A DNA stretch of 63,907 nt, counting the filler, from Choristocarpus tenellus KU-1152 (taxonomy: Eukaryota > Protista > Phaeophyceae), in NCBI GenBank assembly GCA_964200185.2. It is 11 parts of 11 records of this genome, joined end to end, with 100 filler letters (N's around TTAATTAATTAA, not from the genome) between each part and the next. Parts side by side here need not be neighbours in the genome. Positions count along the whole stretch, not along the records: positions 1 to 3,273 come from CAXNAD020021126.1; positions 3,374 to 11,946 come from CAXNAD020004573.1; positions 12,047 to 16,404 come from CAXNAD020014936.1; 8 more parts are not named here. One strand, written 5' to 3'. Below the pieces are notes generated by a model. It had not been told where the DNA came from and did no database searches. It was given only the letters and a program-made list of their open reading frames with translations. Both the position numbers and the translations under genes were made by a program. Of this stretch, positions 1 to 12,766 are shown one piece after another. Every line of letters begins with the position of its first letter. The stretch's first letter is position 1.

Positions 1-108
1 CCCTCCTCAATACATCTTTATTTTCCCCCCATCTACCATACCCCCCCCCCCACACACACACACACACTTCTCTCTTCCCTCCCCTTTTTATTTTTTTGTC
101 TTGGATAG

Positions 109-175
109 GCCAGTGTGCCTTACCTGGAGATGCTAGAGACCTGGATATACTATGGGAACCTCAACGATCAATATG
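109..175 (+). CDS. TUBGCP2: Gamma-tubulin complex component 2 (Spc97/GCP2), internal exon ASVPYLEMLETWIYYGNLNDQY(G)
   Basis: Pyrimidine tract and AG at 107-108. Translation resembles the GCP2 motif ASVPYxExLExWIYxGxxxDPYxEF. Ends at a GC donor (GCAAGT) in phase 1. Confidence 0.9.
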
Positions 176-1068
176 GCAAGTGATTGTGAGGTGGATAGTT
201 GCATTGCTTTTTTATTTGGGGGGGGGGGGAGGGGGGGGGGCGAGATTTCTCTGCTCCTAGGAGGAAACCCTACCTTGTTATGTGCCAAGAGTTAGTATCA
301 TCCCCACATAGTTTACTAATGTTTTGGAGTGTATGGTGATGCCTTCTGCTGATACGGGAACCCCCCACACCCCCACCAATTCTTTGTTTTGAACCCTCCC
401 TGTATACCCTATGGAACTCTGTTGCCAAGGCTATCCTCAAGAATAGCTGGGTGTGAGATGTAGGAACTCAGCTCCTGTGATACCATTTAGTTGAAGAATA
501 TATATTGCCATCATTTTTCTAATCTTTTCAATCAATCAGAGGGTTATTTAATCTGTACCAAGCTGCATTCTTTGCTCCACACTTTTATTCATGGCACTCA
601 GAGCTTCAAGTGCCTCACCTCGCGGCGCTGCACCAAGCTTTGATTCAATCGAGAACATTGGCATTCGTTAAACCGATTTGATTTGTACCACTCATGCATC
701 CTTTTGATTCACACAAACCTCCCCACATGATACTCTCCAGTTACTTAGTTGCACTTTCCTCCTATCTGCTCCTGACCATATTGTGAGTAGGTGGTGAGTG
801 AATTGTCTCAATACCCTCTTCTGCGCATCGTTGCTGCTAGTCTCCCTGCTGACCCAACTCCTCTCCCACATGTCCCTTGTCTCTTGAGCTTTTTGTTTGT
901 ATTATCATAGTAGAAGGTTGTAAGCGACAGGGGTAGTTTCAACCCTTTGTGGTACGTGCCCTCCCTGCCCACTCCTGGAGTATCTTCGTCCATCTCTAAC
1001 CTGCTGACCCATGTGCCTTTCTCCTCGATTGCCTGACTGCTTCCTTGCTCACCCTTCCTCTTCCCCAG

Positions 1069-1121
1069 GGGAGTTCATGGTGACTCTGAGGGAGACAGTG
1101 CAAAAGAAGGATGTTGGGCAT
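1069..1121 (+). CDS. TUBGCP2: GCP2 exon (G)EFMVTLRETVQKKDVGH
   Basis: ttccccAG acceptor and GTAAGC donor. Phase 1 joins the previous exon to give YGEFMV. Confidence 0.88.
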
Positions 1122-1862
1122 GTAAGCAAGGGGTAATGACATTCCCAACAGCAGCTCCCAAGCTGTTTCTCCAGCTCCCTCCCTCCATTTGTTTTTTGGA
1201 AAATTATTAACACATGTAGAAGAAGATTACTTAGTGATATGTATATTTTTATGTACTGCTTTCAATATGTGTATGAGAGGATTTTTTTTGTTTTGTTTGA
1301 GTTTTTGCCCGCTTTTATGCTCTTCTTGAAGAGCTCGGTGATTCATGTGCATCTACTCTTAGACTGCAAGTAACAATCAATTAGTAGGTGAAATACTTTT
1401 GGTAGCAGAATAGTTGGGTTTGTTTACTGGATGTAAGGTTGGTTGTTGAATAACAGGCCTGTTCTCCGTAGACGTCTCTTTTTTTTTTTAGTTCAGTTAG
1501 GTTTTGGGACAAGGTTGGGGTGATTCCGTTGTCCTTTTTGGGGTAGATGGTTATTCCTGGATAGGTTTAATTCAGGGGAGCATCTTTTCATGTTGAGTAG
1601 ATTATTGGTAATGAATTATATTGGTAAGAGGTTATTGGTATGGCAATGTCACCACTTTTTGGTTGAGGGACAGAAAACACACAGTGAGATAGAGAGAGAT
1701 AGAGAGAGGGAGATTGGTTCCTCAAGGGACTTTTGATGTTAGAAGATTTTTTACTTCCTCTTTTCCGTCACACGTGTTTGAGGAACAGAGGATAGAACCC
1801 CAGTTGACAAGATGAAGAGAAGGTCAATGACTCTCTCCCTTACAAACCCTCCACCCACTTGG

Positions 1863-2022
1863 TTGAACTCTATGTGTCTATCCTACATAGCAATAATGTT
1901 CTACAAGTCCATTATACCCCTGTTCATTGAATGCCAACTCACTTGATTGAACTCTACATGTCTATCCTACATAGCAATGATGTTCTACAAGTGCATTATA
2001 CCCCCATTTATTGATTGCCAAC
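1863..2022. repeat. Intronic tandem duplication, 2 x about 84 bp
   Basis: ttgaactcta..tgtctatcctacatagcaat.atgttctacaagt.cattataccc occurs at 1863 and 1947. Confidence 0.85.
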
Positions 2023-2115
2023 CAGCCTGTCCTTATTTTCCTTATTTGTCCTTCCACTCGTTAACTCCCCCTCCCCTCCCCCCGGAAATACTCGTCCACT
2101 AAAAATACGAAACAG

Positions 2116-2234
2116 GACTACAACAATAAGTACTGGTTATCACGGTACAATGTTCAGGAACGGAATGTAATCGCACCCCTTAGTGGGCGGGAGGGCAAGG
2201 TGTTCACCACTGGGAAGTACCTAAATGTTGTGAG
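2116..2234 (+). CDS. TUBGCP2: GCP2 exon DYNNKYWLSRYNVQERNVIAPLSGREGKVFTTGKYLNVV(R)
   Basis: aacAG acceptor and GTGGGT donor. Matches the GCP2 pattern DYNDKYW..RY...TGKYLNVVRECG. Confidence 0.93.
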
Positions 2235-2604
2235 GTGGGTGGAATAAAGGGGGAGGGGGTGGGGATGACGGTGGCAAGGGTTTTGAAATTTGACCTTTTT
2301 TCTGAGGGTATAAGCCGTATCGCAGGCGGGTGAGGCTATGCTGGAGAGGCTTGGCTGGTTACATGTAAGGCGTCAAGTCTGTTCCCAGGAAAATTCACCC
2401 TTCTTTTGGGAGAATCTGATCCTTCCAAGAGCAGGCACTTGTCCGAATTCCCAGGGTGATTCAGGACTGGTAGTGTATATGGTTTTAGGTGTGTTATAAT
2501 TTTGGTTGTAGAAATGATGAAAGGGAAAAACTTTCATGTGACCTCCTGGTGGAAAATATGGCAATGGCGCCAGGTCTCTTATAGATAAGAACAGTCATTG
2601 CCCA

Positions 2605-2608
<4 letters not shown>

Positions 2609-2646
<38 letters not shown>
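2609..2646. repeat. (AT)n microsatellite
   Basis: Pure AT dinucleotide run. Confidence 0.95.
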
Positions 2647-2649
<3 letters not shown>

Positions 2650-3265
2650 GTGCAAGGAATATAAATTTCGGACTCTAGAATGCACCAAGTTGCCAAATTA
2701 CTGTTGGCAATCGGAAGTTACTGCCGACAATATAGATTAGAGGAGCTCGGTATGATGGTATGAGTTTTACCACTGGCGGTAAAAGGCTATACACATCATA
2801 CCGTTAATTGTTTTTCTCACATTTATTTTGTACTGCCGAAGACACCCTCATATACACATTTTTTTTAATATAATTTTTTGTTCTCTGTGTAATATGATGT
2901 AACTGGACTCCATACTTGTGAATCGCGTACGTTTGTGAAAAGTTGTTGCTATTGATGCATCTCCTTAATGGTCATTCCTTCCGTACTGCTTGCAGTGTAC
3001 TTATGGGATTTGTCGTGGAATTTTTTGCACCAAGTCCATCAATACACATCCTGTTCCCCCTTCTACTTTTGTAGTATTAGCGCAGGCACCACACAGTAGT
3101 TCCTTCTGTGCCTCCACACCACGAAACAAAATTCGACCTTGTTTAGATGGAAGGGTGAAAGCCCTTTGTGAGCAGGGCACACAAGCAATCAGTACCCCTC
3201 GCCCAGGTTCACCTCCGTCCCTCCCCCCATCCCCCCACCCCCTGCTCATACATTGTTTAATGTAG

Positions 3266-3273
3266 GGAATGTG
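3266..3273 (+). CDS. TUBGCP2: Start of next GCP2 exon ((R)EC(G)), cut by the contig end
   Basis: tgtAG|g gaa tgt g completes VVRECG in the correct phase. Confidence 0.75.
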
Positions 3274-3373
3274 NNNNNNNNNNNNNNNNNNNNNNNNNNN
3301 NNNNNNNNNNNNNNNNNTTAATTAATTAANNNNNNNNNNNNNNNNNNNNNNNNNNNNNNNNNNNNNNNNNNNN
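3274..3373. other. Artificial contig-joining spacer N44-TTAATTAATTAA-N44 (first of 10)
   Basis: Identical spacers at 3274-3373, 11947-12046, 16405-16504, 22755-22854, 28361-28460, 31034-31133, 34911-35010, 39623-39722, 44474-44573 and 49406-49505. The 12-mer puts stops in all six frames. Confidence 0.99.
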
Positions 3374-4458
3374 CCCACCCCCCCAGATACTTCGAGTCTG
3401 TACATACTCGCATTGGTACTATTGTGCCTGTTACAACTATTACCATAGCTATTATACAAACACTTCACATTGCGTGGTCTGCTGATCAACGTGAGAGGGA
3501 AGGTGACAAATGAAAAACAGTTACTAACCGTAAATGCGCGTAACCCTAGTCACACCAGAGTGAAGTTCTGGACGTCGCCCTCACCCACACCCCAGCCTTT
3601 CTGTACAGCATTTTCGAGGTATAGCTGTTTTGTATAGAATATTCTGCCCCTCCAAACTTGTGAGTCACAGTTATTGCCGACAGACCTCAACTTGAAAGGA
3701 TAGTGAAGTCGCATGGCAGCATGAATTACTACGTGCATTTTTGTGTTCAACTTATCATGTCAAGATTTGACGCATCAAACAAAAATGTTAGGATTTTCTA
3801 ATAAAGAATGGGTTTGAGGGGTTAGGAAACCTACTACGAAAGTAATATCAACAGCTATAGAGTAACCAACGAGCCTATCAGATGCATTTTTCCCTGTAAT
3901 GTCCCCTACCCTGTTTAAAATGTCTTCACTTCTTTTCATATGCGTCAAGGAGAGAGGGAAGGAGTGCAGTTGGGCGTCACTTATGTTGTTCGGGGATTAA
4001 TACTTTTGTATCGCGTACTTCAGCAGCATGTGCATTTTGAGTCTAAGCATGGAAACAGTGGTTGGTTTGTGGCTTGGTTGGCACTACGGTGTAACTAAGA
4101 AAACATCGATTTTTTATTATTTATACCATTGGCGGAAAATATGTTAAATGGCACCCCTCCACCAACTTCCAACTTCTTACTGGACGGAAATCTTGAAGTT
4201 CCCGGATTAGTTGGGCATCCCGTCCACAAAAAATGGTATTTTTTTTAATCGGAACTGTATCATAGTGCGTTCCTCCTGAAGGAGCTAGCTCAAGATTGAA
4301 CTGCTGGACGAAAATGGACTCTTTATATCACCACACTCTCATTGAATCACTGATTGTGAAGATGTTACTCTGAGGAATATGGGCTACCACAATGCTGGCG
4401 AGTTGTGGTGCTACTGTAGTTTTCAATGAAATGTCATGTGTGTTTGTGTGTCCTCACT

Positions 4459-4639
4459 GACCCAAAATATCTGAAGGGGGGGGTTCTACACCATGGTGTC
4501 CATTTGGACCATGACCAGGAAAAGTGCCCATACATTATCGTTCCGGCGTATGCAACCAAATCACCCAAAAATCGTGACATGAAAAATTTGACCCCGAATG
4601 GACAGCCGCCACCTCCCCCCCCCCCAGATACTTTGAGCC
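4459..4639 (+). mobile_element. MITE family A, full copy, TSD ACT
   Basis: Ends GACCCAAAATATCT...AGATACTTTGAGCC, flanked by act/act. Interior shared with 5 other full copies. Confidence 0.92.
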
Positions 4640-6108
4640 ACTGAGTACAACAATATGATACCTGCCATGCATAAATATTGTCCTTGTCAGGTGGATGAAC
4701 ACCATATTTCTTCCCGAGTATATATTTTTATTTTGTAAAAGAGCACCTGATAGGTCACTTGATTTCCTAAGTTTATTTTCAGAGCTTTGGGTGCAAATAG
4801 TAAGGAAGACAACATATATAGTCCAGCCCCTTGAGTGCATGGACCAGATCGATTATTCCACTCAAATGACCTTCGCCCAAGCCTGTTCATCTTCTTGCGT
4901 GGGGTAGAACCATCAGGGGAGAAAATGCAAAGTATGAATTTTTCGTACTATTTCAAGCAGATTACAAATTGCCTATGAAACATGCAAACACGCTGGGGAG
5001 AAGTTGAAGGCAGCACAAAACGTAGATTCCTCTTGAACTTCCGCTGACAGACTCAATATGATCCCTTATGCTGCTCGACCATAACTCGTACATACATAGT
5101 AATTTGAATAGTCACCTGCCTGTGGATCTTACTCCGAATTCAGGAAGAATAAGAGCACCGCCATCTAGCTGTCAGACATGCACACACTCGAGCACTTTCT
5201 GTGACAGAATATTTGTGTGATCTAGTTCCAGGGTACTTGTCTCTATCTTGTACTCGAAGGTACAAACTGGCCTAGAGTGCTTTCTTCCTCGAGTGTTCAC
5301 TTTACGTGCCCAACAGAACGCCTGACCAATGGTGTGACTCGTGCTGTTGTGGATTTGAAAACATAGTAAGACTCGACTCTCTGGAACACAAAGACCTCTC
5401 CTGATATCTTAATTTTATTTTCAGGGAAGCACCTTGTAGCAGGGCATGGTTCATTGCCCACCTGCTTGTACAAGTCTTCTTTGATTCCTTCCAAAAATAA
5501 ATTTTGCCTCTCTTCACCCTTACATTACACCCACTATCACAACTATGAATTTCTACCAACCCAGCCGAATGACTCATGGGACCCAAATCCATTGATCACA
5601 AGTAAACCTAATACCACCTTTTTGGAAATTGAAATGTCACCCTCAGAGATACAGCCCGACTGTGGACCATCCTCACTGCAACCGCTGTGGGTAAAGAGGC
5701 CCTCGCATCTCTACCTGATTCTGTTTCAGACCATGAGTTCTTCCCTTCCTACGGACCGGATTTTCGCATGAACACTCCCCCAAAGTTGCAGGAGGACAAG
5801 AACGACCCGGCATTCATAGACAGGCAAGGGGAGTGGGAGAAGATTTGTTTGGGGCTAAGGTTGAAATTGCCTGGGAGCGGACAAGGGAGAGTGTGTTGTG
5901 TGTAGTGGGGCCTATTCAATAAGGCAGAGGAAGCAGAGAGGAACCTTTGTGCAGTTGAAAATGATTTCTAATTGTTTATGTTGGACATCGTAGGACCAAA
6001 TGTCACTGTTTTTCGACCACTCTTTCAGGTGTTTGTGTCACCACGTACATTTCTCTGCGAAAACTGTCAAGTCCTGGCAGGTACTTGCGATGTTGAGAAA
6101 ATGATAAT

Positions 6109-6363
6109 GAGTGAGTATCTTAGAGGGTACGAGTTTTTCCCTGTTTGTCCATTAGGGGCTTGGCTTCCCAGGGGTTTTTTATGATATTTTCCTACTCCGA
6201 AATTTTCCTATTAGGTATATTGTATACGTTCTGAAAAGGTGTGTGCGCAACAAGGACATTGACACTTCCTAACAAATACGATAGTTAGAATTGCATCAAA
6301 ATCCAATGTTGCGATTTTGATCTCCAAATGGATGCGGCTCTACCCTCTAAGATACTTTGACTC
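6109..6363 (+). mobile_element. MITE family B, full copy, TSD TAAT
   Basis: Ends GAGTGAGTATCTTAGAGGGTA...TACCCTCTAAGATACTTTGACTC, flanked by taat/taat. Confidence 0.92.
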
Positions 6364-7776
6364 TAATGCCACTACAAATAGTTGTCTCGTTGATCAAGCA
6401 GAGGTTATGTGTTTTTTAATTTGAAATCTATTCTTGCTGAGTGGATGCTGATATACATTGGCACCTCCTCCCTTTCTTTGCCTGTCACTCATAAACCTGC
6501 ACACACATACAGACATACGCGCACGTATGTACCCTTGCACTCAAATCATGTCCTACCACGCAAGCAACCAGCACCGGATCACCCTTAAATATTCCTCAGG
6601 TTGCTTGAATTTGTCGGACAAGTGGTGCAACATGTTCACCCAAAGAGGAAAGACTCTGAGTATGGTACTTCAGCTGCTGCTACTTATCGATTTTACCAAG
6701 ACTCTGGGGACTCATGGTGACCTCTACACACTTTGTGGAACAAATAGTAGCACATATATAGCCTATGTTTACGCCCCTAAGGGGCTACTTAGCTTAACTC
6801 ATGCAACAAACACCCTTGAAAACTGAATCAAGGCGTTTGAGCAAAACCAGCTTGGTGTTGTTCAAGACCGGGCTGGCGATTAGGATTGTACAACAAAGAT
6901 TGTTCTTGTTGTCGTTTACATTGGTACTGCAGCGGGGCAGACCACCTTAGAGCTCGAGGCAAGAACTCATACATGTATGTTTGCAGAACTGTGGACCCTG
7001 TCCAGATAGTGCTTGAACTCTGTGTGAAAGAAGAATACGTAGGAAACGTTTAGTTGCTACTAGCGAACATTCATGTGTTCTGTATTAGTAGTTGATGAAT
7101 GAACTTTTCACTGATGTTTTATGTTGATTGAAGGTAGTTCTATAGGAAAGTAAGGTTACAAATAGGCACACAGAAATTGGTTTCGGATGGTCAACAGACT
7201 ACTGATTGAATGGCCAATGGGTTATTGGTCCCAATAGGATGATATGTTTTTGTTTGCAAGGGTCCCCCTCTTAGGTGGATGACCTCACTCATTTTCTTCC
7301 TTCTCTCCGCCCTACTATTAACACAATTAATACAGTTTATATAAGCCAATCTTGGAATCTACAGACCCTTAACAAACACCACGCATTCAATATTAGGGCA
7401 ACATCTAGCAGGTGGGGCAGGTGAGGACAATTTAAACCTAGACCACTGAACTACAACAAGGCAAGTTGTTGGTACAGGTAGGTTGGCGCCTTTGCAATGC
7501 AAACAATCGCATGACGGCAAAGGTACAACCACAATACCAGATGGACGTTAGTGCAAGCAGGGGGAGGACGTTGGTTGGATCCTTAAACTGGATGGAAACT
7601 TTTCTGGAAAGTAAATTTCAGCTTGGCAGATCACAGTTCTTGTTTCCAGTATCAAACAAAATTCCCACTCTTAATAATACTACTATTAGTATTGTCATCC
7701 GTGTAGGTGAAGATGGCCATGTTACATTTTTTTTAAACGAATTGATGGTATATTTGCTGCAAACACCAAAATATGT

Positions 7777-8424
7777 TTCCTACTGCTTTCTTTAGTTAGA
7801 TAAAATGTAAGGTTGTCTGTCAAGATGGGGTACGACAGGAGAGAACGGTGTTCGAATTTCTAATTCCTCAACGGCATAAACCAACTCCTCCCTGATCCAT
7901 GACCACTCTTATTTGAACCAATAAAAATATACGTTGCATCGTACCATATTACATAGCATTATGGTACTATATTATGTACGAAGAAGTGTGTAAATAATAA
8001 TATGTATCATTCACTATTTTCCATTCCGATCTCTCGAAAGTCCTTCCTCACTCCTCACGTCCACAACTACTAAATATAATACCCACAACCTAAGACACAC
8101 CCTTAGATTTGAACACAGTTATCATGTTTATGTGAGTTCCACTGACGCGAGAGGGGATCATTTATTAACTATTCTTTGCTTATACTGCTTACTACTCTTC
8201 TTGGATAATTATAATATCTGTAGGGGGTGAATGTATCGATAGTTACAGGTATCCACCGTTCTGTGTGTGACAAAATAGTATGTAGTGTTCAGGTAGGGGG
8301 GGTCAGGGGTCAAGGAGGGGTTGGTTTATGCGGTTGAGAAATTAGAAATTCGAACACTGTTCTCCCCTGTTAACCTCATCTTGATAATCTTAGATTAACT
8401 TCGAATTAAAGAAAATGGTAGGAA
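7777..8424. mobile_element. Non-autonomous element with about 120-bp imperfect terminal inverted repeats
   Basis: 7779-7905 (..gagaacggtgttcgaatttctaattcctcaacggcataaaccaac..) is the reverse complement of 8301-8422 (..gttggtttatgcggttgagaaattagaaattcgaacactgttctc..). Confidence 0.8.
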
Positions 8425-8670
8425 TTAGGATGCAAATTGTGAGTATTGTGTGTAAGGAAGCCTATTGAGTGTTCGTATTGTATGAAGTGTAATTTTGTTT
8501 TTTCACACACCGCCATCTCCACCTCCACACATAAATGATAATATTATTAGTAGTAATAATAATTGTAGAGGTGTAACCTGTCCAATTTTTGATCTGGTTT
8601 TTGGTCTTCGTCACATCTCATTACAAGGCAAAAGTTACTTCACAACAATATCTAAGCTAACTGTGGTTAG

Positions 8671-9429
8671 GCTCGAGAATAAGAGACGAGCTCTCGAGTG
8701 TAAGGTGCGGTATGAAGAAATCCCCGCAGGAAGCGACTGGATTGTGCGACAAGATTCTCTCGTTCATGCCTCCAGATCTGACGTCTTCGATGGAGGAGAA
8801 GCTGTCTGGCTCAGCCTTTGAAGGCAACGTTAGTGATAACGATAAGGACATCGCGGCCGTTGTGTCGGATGTGACAGAGACGGGGGTGGCACTGGATATA
8901 CCCCCCTGTATTCTAAGTGCTTCTACGATTTTTTCTTCTGCTGCGACAGGGACCGTTCCCCATGGGCCTGCTCAATCAGGTCAAATGAAGGACAGTAACA
9001 CACTGACTGGTACACCAACATCTACAAAACGAGCTTTACTCGCTGGAATTATCGGGATTAAGGTAAAAACACGTAGAAAATTGCTAATCACCCTCTATTA
9101 ATCCTGCTCCATCCATATATACGATATATTACGCACACCCTCCCCATCTCCCCCACCATACTGTCCTCGTGGTCTTGGCCACTCATACCCTGACAATGTT
9201 ATAAATGCCCCCACTGCCCCCCACCCACCCTCTTTCTCCATTTCTTCCCATACAGCTTGACAACTTTAATCTACAGGGAGTGGAGGTAGCCATGGGAAGA
9301 GTGGGCCTTACACAACAACCACAGGAGAGGAGAAACTCCGGGAAGGCACTGGGAACCTGCGAGAGAAGGCATGCGAGGGTGGAGAAGACTCCCTACGAGG
9401 GGAAGGCTGACACTACTGCGAGGAAGTGA
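8671..9429 (+). CDS. 3' part of a hypothetical protein, exons 8671-9062 and 9256-9429 (stop)
   Basis: CTAAC branch point with ttAG at 8670, an open frame of about 130 codons to AAG|GTAAAA, then a pyrimidine-rich catacAG acceptor in phase 0 leading to a stop. No family recognised. Confidence 0.5.
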
Positions 9430-11732
9430 GGTTCGAGGAAAGATGCATGTCTTGCTGTACTTCGTTACTGTCGGCTGACCCGTGAACCCATCAGTCCCAT
9501 ACCAACCTCCTTGTGGTGCCATCAACGACCGAATCGGACCCTGGATAAACCCGGCTCTCCTTCTGAGAGTACTTTTGAACCCCTGGACTTTTGCAAGTAT
9601 TTTTACGATCTGTAAGGCACAGACTTGCAATCTGTTGATCTCATGAACCTTTAGTGACGTGTTACGAGGTTGCAGATGTTGGAAGTAGTACAGGAAAATA
9701 CCATGTGCATGCATGAGCTGCGTCTTTGTGTTGGGCTGGTTGTGCAGGTGTTGCATGTGAAGATATGTGTATGAGATATGTTTGTGGACCATAATCATCT
9801 GCCTTTGAGCATATGTGTCCTTGCTTGTTGATGGTTCAAGTTTCTTATTGTGTGCCCGATATCCTGGCAGGTTGTTCGCAAGGCAGCAACACGAATTCAA
9901 GTTCAAGATTGGATCAGTTGTTACGCAATGAATGTCATATGACCTGTGGGCGTGCTCTTTGCAAAGTCTGGCTTGTCTGCATGTAGTCAGGGCGATGAAA
10001 TGTTTTTAGCTAGCTTCGCTGTGTGTGCTTGGTGACCCCTCATGTAAACGGTCCCATAAGGACAAGGTGGTATTGGCCAAAGGTCATTGGCTGTAAGGGG
10101 GAGCTATGTATAGATGTTGACATCAGTAGTGGGTTCAAGGGCTAGGGTGCAAAAGTAGTAGCAATTTTGCGGTTCAGTTATCTTATCTGCAAGGTTAAGT
10201 GTTGAGTGTTGAGTGTTGTGGGCATACATAATAGTGTACTCACTCTCTAGCTTTCGTATTGCTCAGGGGCCTGGGAGTGAGCGGGTTAAGTGTGTATACA
10301 GAGGTGGTGCAATCTGCTTGACATGTCCAGTAGAAAGGCCAGAAAATCTTGCCCTGCAGGGTGGATTTCATGCTTGTTCAGAAACCTGAAACTGATGCGG
10401 GAAATATGCAGTTGGCGTGTTGCTGAAAGAGGAAAGCTTGATACAATGTAGACTTTATTGTAGTAAGTGTGCAAGGCCTACATGGCATCGCACAAAGTAA
10501 GTAGAAGTAAAAGAGTGTACGGTAGACTGTGATGTACGGGTGTATGGAACAAATTTTATTGTGTGTGCTTACTGATTTTTTAATGTTGATTTCTACTGTG
10601 GATCTAGCTTTTTTTTATTTACAAGGCGGTTGAAATGGCAGAGCTCCAAGGTCTGCCTCTCAATTGTAGCTGTTTTCTAGGTCTTTATGTCACGTGCCAA
10701 AGTTGATCTTTTTTTCTTGTAGTATGAATGTCTGTGGTGTCTCTGTGTGCACGACACTCCCCTGGCTGTGTTGGCAAAAGGGAAGCAAGTACAGACTCGT
10801 TTTTATTATCTTCTTCTTGTAGATATGCCGGCAATGAGCAGGCTACTCCTGCTCACCCAAGGAGAACAGAGATCGATGTTGTCTTTGTAATGTTTGGAAG
10901 TATTTTACTACTTGTAGTTTATTCTTGGAAGTACGTGTAATAGATGTATTGGATGCATCATGATCTCGAAGGGGACTTCATTCTTCAGGATGTGTCCTAC
11001 AGAATTTGGTCAAAACATTGCCTGGCCCTCCACTTTGTGTGTGTGTGGATCAGCTACTTTTTATCTTCTTTTTATCTTCTTCCCCCTGCGCACCACCCTA
11101 ACACTCCCTTCAAGACTGTTGTCAGAAGGAAACCCTTGTAATTTCACAATGAGCTACAGCTTTACACTTTTCTATCCTCTCCTCCACTCACAGTGGAGTT
11201 TTAACCCTTCCGTGAGTTGGCACAAGGTGGGAAATGTCTACTTTTGATCGATGCCAAAGTAGACGAGAGATATCCAGGTTTTGGCGTGTTTAGCCCACCT
11301 TTATCACCTTTTGCAGCTCACCTTAGTTCATAGTGCTAGGGTTAACCTGAGGTTGTGGATATCTCTTATGGTTTCAAAAAATTGTACAGATTTCAGAAAA
11401 GTCCCTACACACATTTGTACAACGAGTCGAATTTTTCCTATTCACCAACATCTTAAATGCAATCCTAGGTACCTCCCGTTAACTTTGTCTCTGTAGTGTT
11501 CTTCGTTGAAGGCAATGAAGGTCTGGTGAGATGGGTACTTTTTTCCTGAACTGACTTGCTGTATATTAGCCTGAAAAAACAGCTAGTGGAAGGTGTTCAA
11601 GTCTTGGTATGTCTTTGTTGGGGTACTACACATATTATTTTTGGAAGGCTATGTAAGTGAAAGCTTACACTTTACCTCTACTCATACTCCCAGTGCGGAA
11701 GTGGAAGTATAGGAGACTCTATAAGAATGATT

Positions 11733-11946
11733 GAGTGAAAGTATCTTAGAGGTTACGACTTTTGCCCTGTTTGTCCATTTGGGGCTTGGCTTCCTGTGTT
11801 TTTTTTAAAGACATTTTCCTTCTCCAAAATGTTTCGGAGTAGGTAAAATTTTATGAAAAGGTGTGTCCAGAACAAGGATATTGACACTTCCTAACAAACA
11901 CGATAGCCAAAATTACATCCAAATTGCAACATTGGATTTTGGCCCC
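11733..11946 (+). mobile_element. MITE family B, truncated by contig end
   Basis: Begins GAGTGAAAGTATCTTAGAGG and has the B interior. Other partial B copies lie at 16505-16675, 28461-28608, 30987-31033, 31134-31197 and 44574-44708. Confidence 0.9.
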
Positions 11947-12046
11947 NNNNNNNNNNNNNNNNNNNNNNNNNNNNNNNNNNNNNNNNNNNNTTAATTAATT
12001 AANNNNNNNNNNNNNNNNNNNNNNNNNNNNNNNNNNNNNNNNNNNN

Positions 12047-12102
12047 CCCCAAGGACCCCCCGGGGGCCACCCCCCCCCCCCCCCCCCCAGATACTTTGAG
12101 CC
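12047..12102 (+). mobile_element. MITE family A terminus at contig start
   Basis: Poly-C followed by AGATACTTTGAGCC. Similar partial A ends at 3374-3398, 22855-22906, 35011-35091, 39723-39761 and probably 63795-63907. Confidence 0.85.
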
Positions 12103-12129
12103 CCTCTGCACGAACTTTCATTCCCATCT

Positions 12130-12520
12130 TCATAATTTCCTCCTACTTGCGTTGGATTTCGCAAAAGGGAATGCACAAATCAAGCCTTGTCCTACAGAAA
12201 TATCCTTGTAATAAGGACTGGGTGAGAGAGTATCAAAGTGATTATGCTAACACGGAAACTCCTATCTGCAGGATCAGTTGTACGTAAGGGGGATGAGCGG
12301 ATTCCTAATGTGTTGATGTTAGAGGAGCTTGCGGATGGAAAACGGAAGCGAGGTGGACAGGAGAAGGACCGACGGATGTATCTGCAAGACAACTTCAAGG
12401 AATTTGGATCGCGGTTGAGGGATGGAGCACAAGGGCAACCAACCAATAGATGTTGTACTAATGTTTGTGGTTGGTGGCACCACGAACTTCATGGCAGAAT
12501 GGCATTCCAAGAGAACTGTG
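12130..12520 (+). mobile_element. RTE-clade LINE 3' remnant
   Basis: RKLLSAGSVVRKGDERIPNVLMLEELADGKRKRGGQEKD...LQDNFKEFG resembles the RTE C-terminal motif RxLxxAGxVxRMxDxRLPKxxMxGEL..G...RGGQEK.W...L.DD...FG. Confidence 0.8.
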
Positions 12521-12575
12521 ATAGCAAATGCATATAGTGCTTATTTAGCAGTTAAAAATATTTTGTATACAGTTT

Positions 12576-12766
12576 GGGTTTAGGGTTAGGGTAAGGGTTA
12601 GAGTTAGAGTCAGATTCTCGAAAATGAGTGTGAAAAAGTGAAAAGTGGTATGATCTTCGAGAGGTGGTTTTTTAGTGGACGATGTACTCCTCCATCGCTT
12701 CTAGAAAGTTTCCTTTACTGATTTGGAGAAACTTCACGCACAAGTTAGGGTTAGGGTTAGGGTTAG
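12576..12766 (+). repeat. Two interstitial telomere-like (TTAGGG)n tracts
   Basis: gggtttagggttagggtaagggttagagttagag (12576-12609) and ttagggttagggttagggttag (about 12744-12766), each followed by a similar AAAATG/A-rich segment. Confidence 0.85.

Noticed and set aside
3274-3373. Recurring TTAATTAATTAA palindromes within N runs
   Set aside because: Synthetic six-frame-stop linkers. Adjacency across them has no biological meaning.
9271-9906. 211-aa minus-strand ORF
   Set aside because: No motif, atypical composition, and it overlaps a better-supported plus-strand exon.
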